DNA of 64,000 nt from Candidatus Latescibacterota bacterium (lineage in GTDB: Bacteria > Latescibacterota > UBA2968 > GCA-2709665): contig OZ242180.1 of the NCBI GenBank assembly GCA_965205485.1, positions 2,144,001-2,208,000 of the forward strand, in the 5' to 3' direction. The notes beneath the pieces were generated by a model that searched no databases, was not told the DNA's origin, and saw only the letters and a program-made list of their open reading frames with translations. This document shows, one piece after another, positions 55,902-64,000 of the stretch (the stretch's first letter is position 1; each line of letters begins with the position of its first letter). A program made the position numbers and the translations under genes.

Positions 55902-57230
55902 ATGTTCGACCACCTAACGGAAAAGCTGGAAGGGGTTTTCAAAAGACTCCGCGGTCGCGGCAGGTTGGCCGAAGCCAATATCGATGAAGCGCTCAGAGAC
56001 GTGCGTCGCGCGCTTCTGGAGGCGGATGTCAACTACAAGGTGGCGAGGGCGTTCGTCGCCCGTGTCAGGGAGCGGGCGGTCGGACAGGACGTGCTGCGAA
56101 GCATTACCCCCGGGCAGCAGGTCGTCAAGGTCGTGCATGACGAATTGATTCACCTCCTTGGAGACGAGCACCAGGAGTTGGATCTGACCGGACCGCCGCC
56201 AAATATCGTCATGGTCGTCGGTCTGCAGGGATCGGGCAAGACAACGCTATGCGCCAAGCTTGCGCGGCTCCTTAATGGGCGGGGCCGCACGCCTCTCCTT
56301 GTGGCGGCGGATATCTACCGTCCTGCCGCCATCGACCAGCTATGCGTTCTGGGCGCGTCTATAGACGTCCCGGTCCACCGGGCGGCGGAGGGGACCGATC
56401 CGGCGTTGATTTGCGCCGAGGCGGTGGACCTCGCCCGGGCGGACGGGATGGACCCCGTCATTCTGGATACGGCCGGCCGGCTTCACGTTGATGATGCCCG
56501 GATGGAGGAATTGAAAAGGATACGCGAAGCGGTTTCGCCGGGTGAGATTCTGTTCGTCGCGGACGGGATGACGGGTCAGGATGCGGTTTCGGCGGCGACG
56601 GCGTTCCACGAACAGCTCAACTTTACCGGAATCGTCCTGACGCGCCTCGACAGCGATACGCGCGGCGGCGCGGCGCTGTCCATCCGCGAGGTCACGGGTG
56701 TGCCCATCAAGTATGCGGGCGTCAGCGAGAAGGTGGATGGTATAGAGCCGTTTCATCCGGACCGGATGGCCTCCCGGATTCTGGGTATGGGCGACGTCGT
56801 GACGCTGGTGGAGCGTGCGCAGGATGCGGTGGACCTCCAGCAGGCGAAGAAGCTGGAGAAGAAGCTGCGAAGCGCCGCGTTTACGTTCGATGATTTTCTG
56901 CAGCAGTTGGACCAGGTTCGCAGGATGGGGCCTTTGAGCCAGTTGATGGACATGATCCCCGGGGCCGTAAAGCAATTGAAGGGACTGCAGGTGGATGACG
57001 ATGCGTTCGTGCATACCGAAGCGATCATCCTGTCAATGACACTGCAGGAACGGGCCAATCCTCAGATCCTGAACGGCAGCAGACGCCGCCGTATCGCGAA
57101 TGGCAGCGGATGTAGCATCCAGGAAGTCAACCGGCTGATAAAACAGTTCGGAATGATGCGAAAGATGATGAAACGGATGTCGAGGATGGAGAAGCAGGGC
57201 CGCGACGCGGGTGTACCGTTTTTGAGCTGA
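55902..57230 (+). CDS. ffh: Signal recognition particle protein
   Basis: ALLEADVN, GLQGSGKTT, DTAGR, GGAALS, RILGMGD, M-domain SRRRRIA.GSG. Confidence 0.98.
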   Translation: MFDHLTEKLEGVFKRLRGRGRLAEANIDEALRDVRRALLEADVNYKVARAFVARVRERAVGQDVLRSITPGQQVVKVVHDELIHLLGDEHQELDLTGPPPNIVMVVGLQGSGKTTLCAKLARLLNGRGRTPLLVAADIYRPAAIDQLCVLGASIDVPVHRAAEGTDPALICAEAVDLARADGMDPVILDTAGRLHVDDARMEELKRIREAVSPGEILFVADGMTGQDAVSAATAFHEQLNFTGIVLTRLDSDTRGGAALSIREVTGVPIKYAGVSEKVDGIEPFHPDRMASRILGMGDVVTLVERAQDAVDLQQAKKLEKKLRSAAFTFDDFLQQLDQVRRMGPLSQLMDMIPGAVKQLKGLQVDDDAFVHTEAIILSMTLQERANPQILNGSRRRRIANGSGCSIQEVNRLIKQFGMMRKMMKRMSRMEKQGRDAGVPFLS

Positions 57231-57298
57231 TTCGAAATCTGTAATCGGTAGAGCAACGGAAGGCTGACAGCTTCTTTTCAGATTAGGAGGATGGGTTT

Positions 57299-57604
57299 TT
57301 GGTAAAGATTCGATTGACCCGAAAGGGCGCCAGGAATGCGCCGTTCTACCGGGTTGTGGTCGCGGACAGCCGGTCACCTCGGGACGGTCGGTTCATTGAG
57401 AGCCTCGGGTACTACGATCCAACAATGAAACCGCAGCTGGTGCGGCTGAACGCGGAGCGGGCGCGCCACTGGCTGGATCAGGGCGCGGAGCCGTCAGGAA
57501 CTGTGAAGAGTCTGCTTCGGCAACAGGGTATTCTGAGCCAGGACGACATGCCCGGCGCCGATACGGACGAAACGGACGAAACCGACGCTGAAGCCGGGGA
57601 ATAG
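57299..57604 (+). CDS. rpsP: 30S ribosomal protein S16
   Basis: VKIRL.R.G...[34 protein letters not shown] and TTG start. Confidence 0.97.
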   Translation: MVKIRLTRKGARNAPFYRVVVADSRSPRDGRFIESLGYYDPTMKPQLVRLNAERARHWLDQGAEPSGTVKSLLRQQGILSQDDMPGADTDETDETDAEAGE

Positions 57605-57607
57605 CCC

Positions 57608-58141
57608 TTGCCCCGAGATCCGGTCCAAAGGGAACAATACGTCGCCATCGGCAGGGTCCTGAAACCCAGGGGGCTCGGCGGCGAGGCGTTTCTGCATCCG
57701 CTCACGGATTTTCCTGAACGGTTTCAGGTCCTCAAGCGCGTGCTTGTCCAAAGGCCCGACGGGAACCGGACAACACTCGGGATCGACCGGGTTCGGAACT
57801 GCGGACGGCGGATGGCCGTCAAATTTCTCGATATCGATACGCCCGACGCGGTTGCGCCGTTGCGAGGGAGCGAGTTGCTGGTTCCTGCCGACGACGTGTA
57901 TCCGCTTCCTGAAGGTACGTTCTATGTGTTCCAAATCGTGGGATTGAAGGTCAAGACGGAAGAAGGCCTGGAAGTCGGACGCGTGGTCGATGTATTGTCC
58001 CATCCCGGGAATGACCTTTTCGTTGTCCAAAGGGAGGATGGGGGCGAGGCGTTGATACCCGCTGCGAAGGACCTGGTTCGGATTGACCTGGCGGGCGGGC
58101 GTCTGGTTGTGAAGAACGTGGACGGACTTCTCGATCGATAG
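57608..58141 (+). CDS. rimM: 16S rRNA processing protein RimM
   Basis: IGRV....GL.GE, TDFPERF, FY...IVGL.V, ND...V, LIP; operon position. Confidence 0.92.
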   Translation: MPRDPVQREQYVAIGRVLKPRGLGGEAFLHPLTDFPERFQVLKRVLVQRPDGNRTTLGIDRVRNCGRRMAVKFLDIDTPDAVAPLRGSELLVPADDVYPLPEGTFYVFQIVGLKVKTEEGLEVGRVVDVLSHPGNDLFVVQREDGGEALIPAAKDLVRIDLAGGRLVVKNVDGLLDR

Positions 58142-58229
58142 ACGGGATGAATCGGCGGACGAACGGTGAAATATTCCCGGGACGGGACACGATTCCTCGT
58201 TTCCGGAGCGAGTTTATCAGCGGACTGCC

Positions 58230-58967
58230 GTGCATATCGACTTTCTCACCATATTCCCCGACCTGATCCGGGAAGCGGTTGCATACGGTATTTCAGGGCG
58301 TGCGATCCGTGCCGGTCTGGTCGACGTCATCGCGCACGATTTGCGGGATTTTACGGATGACGTTCACCGCACGGTGGACGATACCCCGTACGGCGGCGGT
58401 GCGGGGATGGTATTCAAACCGGAACCGGTCGCCCGGGTACTGGCCGCCATTCAAGACGTCGGACGGTCGCTCGACCACGTGATTTTCCTGACGCCAGATG
58501 GCAAGCGGCTGGATCAGAGGACGGTGAACCGGCTTTCCATCGCGCCCGGTCTGGTGTTATTGTGCGGACGGTACCGCGGTATTGACGAACGCATTCGCGA
58601 GTTATACGTTACCGAAGAGATTTCGGTTGGCGATTACGTGTTGAGTGGCGGCGAATTGCCCGCGCTGGTGTTGATGGATGCCGTTGTGCGGCTGATCCCC
58701 GGGGCGATGGGAGACGCGGAGTCCGCCCTGGAGGATTCGTTTCAGAACGGGCTTCTGGATTGTCCGTGGTATACCAGGCCCAGAGAGTTCCAGGGCTTGC
58801 GGGTTCCCGACGTTCTGTTGAGCGGAGACCACCAGCGGATCGCAGGTTGGCGACGCGACGCGGCCCTGCAACGGACCCGGAAACGGCGGCCGGATCTCTA
58901 CGAAAGAATCGAAGCCGGCGACAAGGCCGGCTCGGAAAACGAGGATGCAGGCGGGCACGTAGAATAG
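58230..58967 (+). CDS. trmD: tRNA (guanine37-N1)-methyltransferase
   Basis: TIFP, VDDTPYGGGAGMV, CGRY.GIDER, GDYVLSGGE, YTRP, VP.VLLSGDH. Confidence 0.97.
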   Translation: MHIDFLTIFPDLIREAVAYGISGRAIRAGLVDVIAHDLRDFTDDVHRTVDDTPYGGGAGMVFKPEPVARVLAAIQDVGRSLDHVIFLTPDGKRLDQRTVNRLSIAPGLVLLCGRYRGIDERIRELYVTEEISVGDYVLSGGELPALVLMDAVVRLIPGAMGDAESALEDSFQNGLLDCPWYTRPREFQGLRVPDVLLSGDHQRIAGWRRDAALQRTRKRRPDLYERIEAGDKAGSENEDAGGHVE

Positions 58968-59062
58968 TCGCCGCCGGTCGATGGATATTTTCCGCGCATT
59001 GATGATGAATCAGGGCGACGGATCGTGCCCTGGGAACCTTTCATCGTTTCAGGAGTGTTGCC

Positions 59063-59416
59063 ATGGATACATTGTTGAAATCCTTGACGGAGGAACAAAT
59101 CAAACCCGACCTGCCGGCATTCGGCGCCGGAGACACGGTGCGGGTGCACGTACGCGTGGTCGAAGGCGAGAAGGTGCGTACGCAGATGTTCGAAGGCGTG
59201 GTCATTCAGCGCAAGGGCCACGGGATCCATGAGACCTTCACGGTACGTAAGATGGTGGTGGGCGGCGTGGGAGTCGAGCGGATCTTTCCGATCCACTCAC
59301 CGAGGGTGGCGAAAGTTGAACTGATTCGCAGCGGAAAGGTGCGGAGGACGCGTATTACCTATCTGCGCGAACTGCAGGGCAGAGCCGCGAGGATTGCGGA
59401 AAAAAGGAACGCGTAA
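59063..59416 (+). CDS. rplS: 50S ribosomal protein L19
   Basis: GDTVRV...VEGEK.R.Q.FEGVVI, FTVRK, GVER.FP.HSP, GKVRR....YLR. Confidence 0.97.
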   Translation: MDTLLKSLTEEQIKPDLPAFGAGDTVRVHVRVVEGEKVRTQMFEGVVIQRKGHGIHETFTVRKMVVGGVGVERIFPIHSPRVAKVELIRSGKVRRTRITYLRELQGRAARIAEKRNA

Positions 59417-59437
59417 TCGAGGAAATCGGATAACCGG

Positions 59438-59749
59438 ATGGCGACACGCAATACAGGAAGACGCCCCCGGGGACGCGCGGGGCGCAGAAGTCAGGCACAA
59501 CGAAGGGAACCTGCCCGGAGTCCGCTGCCCTATTCCCGAAGGAACTGGACCTTCCTTGGCGCTGGCCTGGGCACGATCCTGATCGGCTATCTGTGCCTGT
59601 CCCAACCGCCGGTCGACGGTTTCATGTCGCTTACGCTGGCGCCGGTTCTTCTGGTCATCGGGTACTGCGTGCTGATTCCCATCGGCCTGCTGCTGGGCGA
59701 ATCGAAAAAACCGACCGACGACGCATCCGACAAGTCCGTGGGCGGTTAG
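59438..59749 (+). CDS. Small two-TM membrane protein (DUF3098-like); stop codon lies inside tRNA-Val
   Basis: Basic N-terminus, P....N......G...I.IGY, SLTLAPVLLVIGY...IP..L pattern. Confidence 0.75.
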   Translation: MATRNTGRRPRGRAGRRSQAQRREPARSPLPYSRRNWTFLGAGLGTILIGYLCLSQPPVDGFMSLTLAPVLLVIGYCVLIPIGLLLGESKKPTDDASDKSVGG

Positions 59750-59816
59750 CTCAGCTGGTTAGAGCGCCTGCCTTACAAGCAGGAGGTCACTGGTTCGAAT
59801 CCAGTATCGCCCACCA
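59740..59816 (+). tRNA. tRNA-Val (anticodon TAC), CCA encoded
   Basis: Acceptor GGGCGGT/ATCGCCC, D-arm TAGCTCAGCTGGTTAGAGC, anticodon arm CCTGC-CTTACAA-GCAGG, T-arm ACTGG-TTCGAAT-CCAGT, 3' ACCA. Confidence 0.97.
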
Positions 59817-59827
59817 TTTAAAAACAA

Positions 59828-59860
59828 GGGTTTATGTCGTTTTGACATAAACCCATTCTT
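59828..59860 (+). terminator. Intrinsic terminator after the tRNA
   Basis: gggtttatgtc-gtttt-gacataaaccc, a perfect 11-bp stem followed by attcttgtt. Confidence 0.7.
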
Positions 59861-59892
59861 GTTGGTGCGCCAGGTATGGCGCGAAACGCCGG

Positions 59893-59984
59893 TGAGCCGG
59901 AAAGTAACGGGAGGGTGTGAAGAAGGAGTCGGCGCTTGGAAACCGGCATGGGAAACTGAGCCGGAAAGTAACGGGAGGGTGTGA
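59893..59984. repeat. Perfect 28-bp direct repeat, 2 copies, 36-bp spacer
   Basis: tgagccggaaagtaacgggagggtgtga at 59893-59920 and 59957-59984. Confidence 0.85.
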
Positions 59985-60039
59985 GTCACTCCAGGGGCCG
60001 CGGTGACCGGAACTCTAACCGGAAAAGCGTAGTGCCGTA

Positions 60040-61410
60040 CTACAACACCAGCTCGTCGGGCGGCTGGTAGTCGCTTTTGCGCGGGTCCCAGCGGGTTCCG
60101 CATTTGTCGCTGATGACCACCCATTCACCCGCACTGAGGTTGCCCTGGTGGTGGTAGTTGAAGCGCTTGAGCCCTGCAGCTTCGGCGGCGTCCAGCAACA
60201 TCTTGAGGTCGCGCGCCGACATTGGGTCGCCATCGTGGGGCAAGCGGCCGGTGTCAAGCCAGGGCACGATGCGCTCCGGGTCGTCCACCGAGGCCAGCGC
60301 CCTTCGGGTCTCCTGCGTGACCACCTGCTCGAAAAACTCCGGATTGAGGGCGCTCTCAAAATCGAGCAGATCGTCGCCCACACCCGGAAGGACAATGCCG
60401 AAGAGGGCCTGCACGACATCGAGGGTGTCGGCTACGCGGATCCCCGTATTCCACTCCAAAAGCGTCTGTGAGTAGCGATAGACCGTACCGATGAAGCCGT
60501 CGAAGCCGCGGTGAAAGAAGTAGTGCTTTGGCAGCAGGAAATCCATGAACCGGGCCAGATCGACGAAGTCGTATCCGCACAAGGGCGCGAAGGCCGCCGA
60601 GCGCGGGCCGCATCCCAGGCGCACCGGGTGCTTCAACTCGGCGGCGACGCCTTCTCGGATGCGGCGAAAATAGCGCGTCAACGAGTCTGTCCGGAACGAC
60701 AGCCAGGCCATCAGGTCGGAATCGGCACCCAGCATGCGGTGTGCACCGACCAGTCCGCCCCTGGCGTGTCCGCGGATGCGCACCGGGTCGAGATTGTGGA
60801 ACAGGTCCAACAGCCTGTCTTTCGCGGCGACCATGGCCTCATAGTCGTACCCCAGATCCGCGGCCATCGGTGCCGCAGATTCCGGCAGGTCTTGAAAGAA
60901 GCAGGAGCGTTGGGCCATGTGATGAGGGGCGATTTCGTACCCCCACTCCGGCCCGTCCATCACGGCGCCGTCCGCCATTGGGAAGTGCTCGAGCGTATCG
61001 ACCATGCGCGCCACCCGGGATGCCAGCGTCCTGTCGTCGTGCAGCTGGTGGCCCTTTCCCCCTGGACCCGCACCACCATCGGCGTACATGCAATACACCT
61101 GCATGCCGCGGTCCTTGGCGGCGTTCATCGTCCTTTCCAGCAGGGCCCTTTTCTCGGGCAGCTTCTGTACCGGCGGCGACGGCGGTTCGACCCCGAGTCG
61201 CGCGTACACAGCCGGATTCGGATCGTAGGCCTCCGCCACAACGTCGCCAGTGGGTGTGGGCAAAGCGCGCTTCGAGAGCTTTGCCGTGCCGAAAACGAGC
61301 GGACCGAACACGACGCCGTCCACGCCGCCCTCAGCCCAGGCGTCGAGTATGCGCTCGTGATCATTCATCACGCTCTCAAGATCGCGCATGACATCCATCC
61401 ACAACTTCAA
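60040..61410 (-). CDS. Hypothetical protein (456 aa, possible glycoside-hydrolase-like TIM barrel)
   Basis: GGAGGAGG RBS with TTG start; DGAVMDGPE, W..FR......F, GYDF and PKHY segments. Confidence 0.7.
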   Translation of the reverse strand: MKLWMDVMRDLESVMNDHERILDAWAEGGVDGVVFGPLVFGTAKLSKRALPTPTGDVVAEAYDPNPAVYARLGVEPPSPPVQKLPEKRALLERTMNAAKDRGMQVYCMYADGGAGPGGKGHQLHDDRTLASRVARMVDTLEHFPMADGAVMDGPEWGYEIAPHHMAQRSCFFQDLPESAAPMAADLGYDYEAMVAAKDRLLDLFHNLDPVRIRGHARGGLVGAHRMLGADSDLMAWLSFRTDSLTRYFRRIREGVAAELKHPVRLGCGPRSAAFAPLCGYDFVDLARFMDFLLPKHYFFHRGFDGFIGTVYRYSQTLLEWNTGIRVADTLDVVQALFGIVLPGVGDDLLDFESALNPEFFEQVVTQETRRALASVDDPERIVPWLDTGRLPHDGDPMSARDLKMLLDAAEAAGLKRFNYHHQGNLSAGEWVVISDKCGTRWDPRKSDYQPPDELVL

Positions 61411-61723
61411 GTTGAACCTCCTCCTTGCTTCGCGGTTTCGTTTCCCATACGAAGGAACCGTCTACGTGCAACCAGCGAAATCCTCGCACGGAACTCGGAG
61501 CTTCATTGCTAGTTGGCGGTATCGATGTTCACCGGGAAGCCCGTGGGCGGCCCCTCCTGAGGTTTTTCGACCGCAGTCTGCCATCGTCTCCAACATCGGA
61601 TTCTGACCTCATCTCAAACTCTCCTCTCCGCCCAATATACGACATTAAACTCGGAGGGGAAGTTGCCGCACTCTATATTGGCACGTAGGGGATGGGCTAT
61701 TTTAGCCCTGGTTTCGAGGACAA

Positions 61724-63001
61724 ATGCAAGCGAAAACTGTATATATACTGAGCTCGTTCTGTTCGTCGGTTCTGTCTACGATTGCACTTACCGTGGTGAT
61801 GGTGTACCAGGTCGACGTGGTGAAACTTGATCCGCTGCAACTGGTTTTGGTTGGTACGACACTGGAGGTAACGGCATTTCTGTTTGAAGTTCCTACCGGG
61901 GTGGTTGCAGACCTCAAGAGCCGAAGGTTGTCGGTGATTCTGGGGTATCTATTGAACGGGTTGGGCCTGATGATGATGGGTTGGATACCCCTGTTTTGGG
62001 CCGTGGTCGCCAGCAACGTGATCCGCGGGATTGGTGGAACCTTCATGAGCGGCGCGTATGAGGCCTGGCTGGTGGATGAGACGATTGCCCAACACGGCAA
62101 CGACAATTCCGTTGGTATGGTCTTCTTGCGCGCTTCACAGGCGTCAAGCGTGGGATCGATCATCGGGATTCTGTTGGGCGTCGCCCTCGGATGGCAGGAT
62201 GTATCCGTACCGATTCTGATTGGGGGCGGCGGGCTGTTGGTCGTTTCAGTTGCCCTGTGTTTCACAATGCGCGAGCGTGGGTTCAAGCCCGTGCCCGTGG
62301 AACAACGAGAAACATGGGTTTCGATGCGCGCCACAATCTCAACGGCCATCCTGCAGATTCGAAGCGAGCATTACCTGTTGTTGATCCTTGCGATCTCGTT
62401 TCTTTACGGTCTGTCGAGCGAAGGATACGATCGGCTGACCGCACCCCACCTGCTTCACGATTACGAGCTGCCGTTTAAAGAGACGGTGGTACCTGTCGCC
62501 TGGTTCGGGCTCATCATCCTGGTCTCATCCATAATTTCACTCGTGATGACCGAGGCTGCCAAAAGAGGTATCAACCTCAGGAGTGGGACGTCTGTTTCGG
62601 CGGCGCTGATGTTTTCGAACGCAGGGATCGTCGCCGCGATTCTCTGCCTGGCATGGACGAATCACTTCTGGGGAGCGCTGGCGGCGATCTGGGTAATCAG
62701 GGGGTTAAGGCATACTGGAGGGCCGCTGCTTGTCACGTGGTACAATCAGCAAATCAAGGATTCGAGCGTGCGGGCAACGGTGTTGTCGGTCCGGGCCCAG
62801 GCCGACTCAATCGGACAGATCGCCGGGGGTCCTCCAGCGGGCGTGGTTGGCAGATGGCTTTCCGTAAGGTGGGGTATCACCACGTCGGCGGCGATGCTTT
62901 CGCCGGTCATTCCGATATACGGATATGCAGCTGTCCGCATATCGAAGGAAACTCCCGAGGACTCGGAATCCGTCCCGGCAGAGACTGACACTGAAAAATG
63001 A
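61724..63001 (+). CDS. MFS transporter, TetA(P)-like family
   Basis: About 12 TM; L.PLQL.LVGTTLE...F.FE.PTG.VAD..SRRLS, TF.SGA..AW, LSSEGYDRL...H, RATVLS......GQI.GGP. Confidence 0.85.
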   Translation: MQAKTVYILSSFCSSVLSTIALTVVMVYQVDVVKLDPLQLVLVGTTLEVTAFLFEVPTGVVADLKSRRLSVILGYLLNGLGLMMMGWIPLFWAVVASNVIRGIGGTFMSGAYEAWLVDETIAQHGNDNSVGMVFLRASQASSVGSIIGILLGVALGWQDVSVPILIGGGGLLVVSVALCFTMRERGFKPVPVEQRETWVSMRATISTAILQIRSEHYLLLILAISFLYGLSSEGYDRLTAPHLLHDYELPFKETVVPVAWFGLIILVSSIISLVMTEAAKRGINLRSGTSVSAALMFSNAGIVAAILCLAWTNHFWGALAAIWVIRGLRHTGGPLLVTWYNQQIKDSSVRATVLSVRAQADSIGQIAGGPPAGVVGRWLSVRWGITTSAAMLSPVIPIYGYAAVRISKETPEDSESVPAETDTEK

Positions 63002-63915
63002 AGAACTTTTCAATCGAGCATTGGGAGATGGACGAGGCAGCCCGGCTGCAAGCCGTATGGGAGGTGGCAACAGCCAGCGCGCCGTTCGCGTATCCCGTTG
63101 AGCCGGCGGAATTCGCGGCCGGAATCATCCCCATGGAATCCGACGACGAGTCCTGTGCCTCGGCCCAGTCACAAAAGCTGCTCGCGGCGTCAGACACTAC
63201 GGGACCGGTCGGATTCGTACATCTTTGTGTCGGTAGCGACGTCGAGGTCGACGGCGAGAATATCGAATGCGGAATCATCCGCTTTCTTGCATTTTCACCT
63301 CGTCGAAGGGAAGTCGGTCAGGCACTCCTCAGCGACGCGGAACAGATCTTCCAATCGGAGGGTCTCACACGCGTAGACGCCTTTTCCCTGTACCACGGAT
63401 ACCCCTTCCACAATCATAAAGTCGGCATCCTTTCGTCTCGTATGACTCACGTTTCGTCCCTGCTTAAGGAGAATGGGTACAGGGCTCACGATGGACACGT
63501 GACGATGCAACGATCGTTGGATTCCGCGCCCCTTCCCGATCCGCATCAAGGCGTCAAGCTCATAATCGAAAGGTCAGACGGCGCCGGCGCCCTCCCCAAC
63601 ATCCGGGTTAAGGCCGCAATCGACGGCCAGGCCATAGGCAGCTGTCGTTCCCAATCCGGACGTACCTACGCGGATCAGGATTCGTTGGACTGGCTCAGTT
63701 ATACACGTTGGATAGGCGTGAAGGAGAGTTATCGCCGGAAGGGAATCGGCAGGCATCTCCTGCGGCGCGCACTTCACGAAATGCGGTGTGAGGGCTACAA
63801 ATCGGCTGCATTGAATTGCCGGGAGGAAAATCATGCAGCCGTGTCACTTTACCTGTCGGAGGGCTATAGAACCCGCGACACTTCACTCGCCTACGTCAAA
63901 GATCTGCGTACGTGA
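62998..63915 (+). CDS. Tandem GNAT-family acetyltransferase
   Basis: RREVGQALL and GVKESYRRKGIGRHLL acetyl-CoA motifs, N.AA..LY...GY; ATGA overlap with the MFS gene. Confidence 0.85.
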   Translation: MKNFSIEHWEMDEAARLQAVWEVATASAPFAYPVEPAEFAAGIIPMESDDESCASAQSQKLLAASDTTGPVGFVHLCVGSDVEVDGENIECGIIRFLAFSPRRREVGQALLSDAEQIFQSEGLTRVDAFSLYHGYPFHNHKVGILSSRMTHVSSLLKENGYRAHDGHVTMQRSLDSAPLPDPHQGVKLIIERSDGAGALPNIRVKAAIDGQAIGSCRSQSGRTYADQDSLDWLSYTRWIGVKESYRRKGIGRHLLRRALHEMRCEGYKSAALNCREENHAAVSLYLSEGYRTRDTSLAYVKDLRT

Positions 63916-64000
63916 CGCTGGTAATAGTAAACGCCTCTGGTCGCGTCAGCTGGGCACGGCGAAGAGGTAATACGTCATCTACTCCTACTGTTAACTTTCT

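Noticed and set aside
57550..57595. acggacgaa tandem repeat
   Set aside because: It encodes the acidic low-complexity tail of S16.
59893..59984. Bona fide CRISPR array
   Set aside because: Only two repeats, no leader, no cas genes, atypical repeat. Kept only as a repeat finding.
59740..64000. Integrative element at tRNA-Val
   Set aside because: No integrase and no duplicated tRNA 3' end within the window. It cannot be excluded beyond the edge.

Overview
GC-rich bacterial chromosome segment. Inference only: the GWxTD/TPR protein, PorV-like barrel, dockerin-like EF-hand protein, ankyrin and Asp-box proteins suggest an FCB-superphylum lineage (Latescibacterota/Gemmatimonadota-like), possibly host-associated. 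The left third (1-30 kb) is accessory and metabolic: ankyrin protein, BNR/sialidase-like protein, HelD-like helicase, NhaC-family transporter, a toxin-first VapC-Phd pair, and a minus-strand catabolic run ending in an orphan E1-alpha/beta pair, followed by GWxTD, aminotransferase-pheA-deacetylase-moaB and an opine dehydrogenase. The core part holds the dcw cluster (mraZ to ftsZ), uppS-cdsA-dxr-rseP, rpe, ffh-rpsP-rimM-trmD-rplS and tRNA-Val(TAC), then a TetA(P)-like MFS plus GNAT. I saw no cas genes, integrase or transposase. Most notable observations: (i) two ~160-bp MITE families with terminal inverted repeats and target duplications; one copy interrupts a small membrane gene whose frame is restored exactly by excision, another sits inside the dcw operon; (ii) several nested or fold-back palindromic repeat families; (iii) mraY and murD are missing from the dcw cluster, and an inverted-repeat-bounded ~180-bp spacer sits at their usual position; (iv) a CDS whose stop codon lies inside the tRNA gene; (v) an RluA homologue lacking its catalytic Asp, next to a candidate structured RNA. 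No complete novel system can be demonstrated from the sequence alone.
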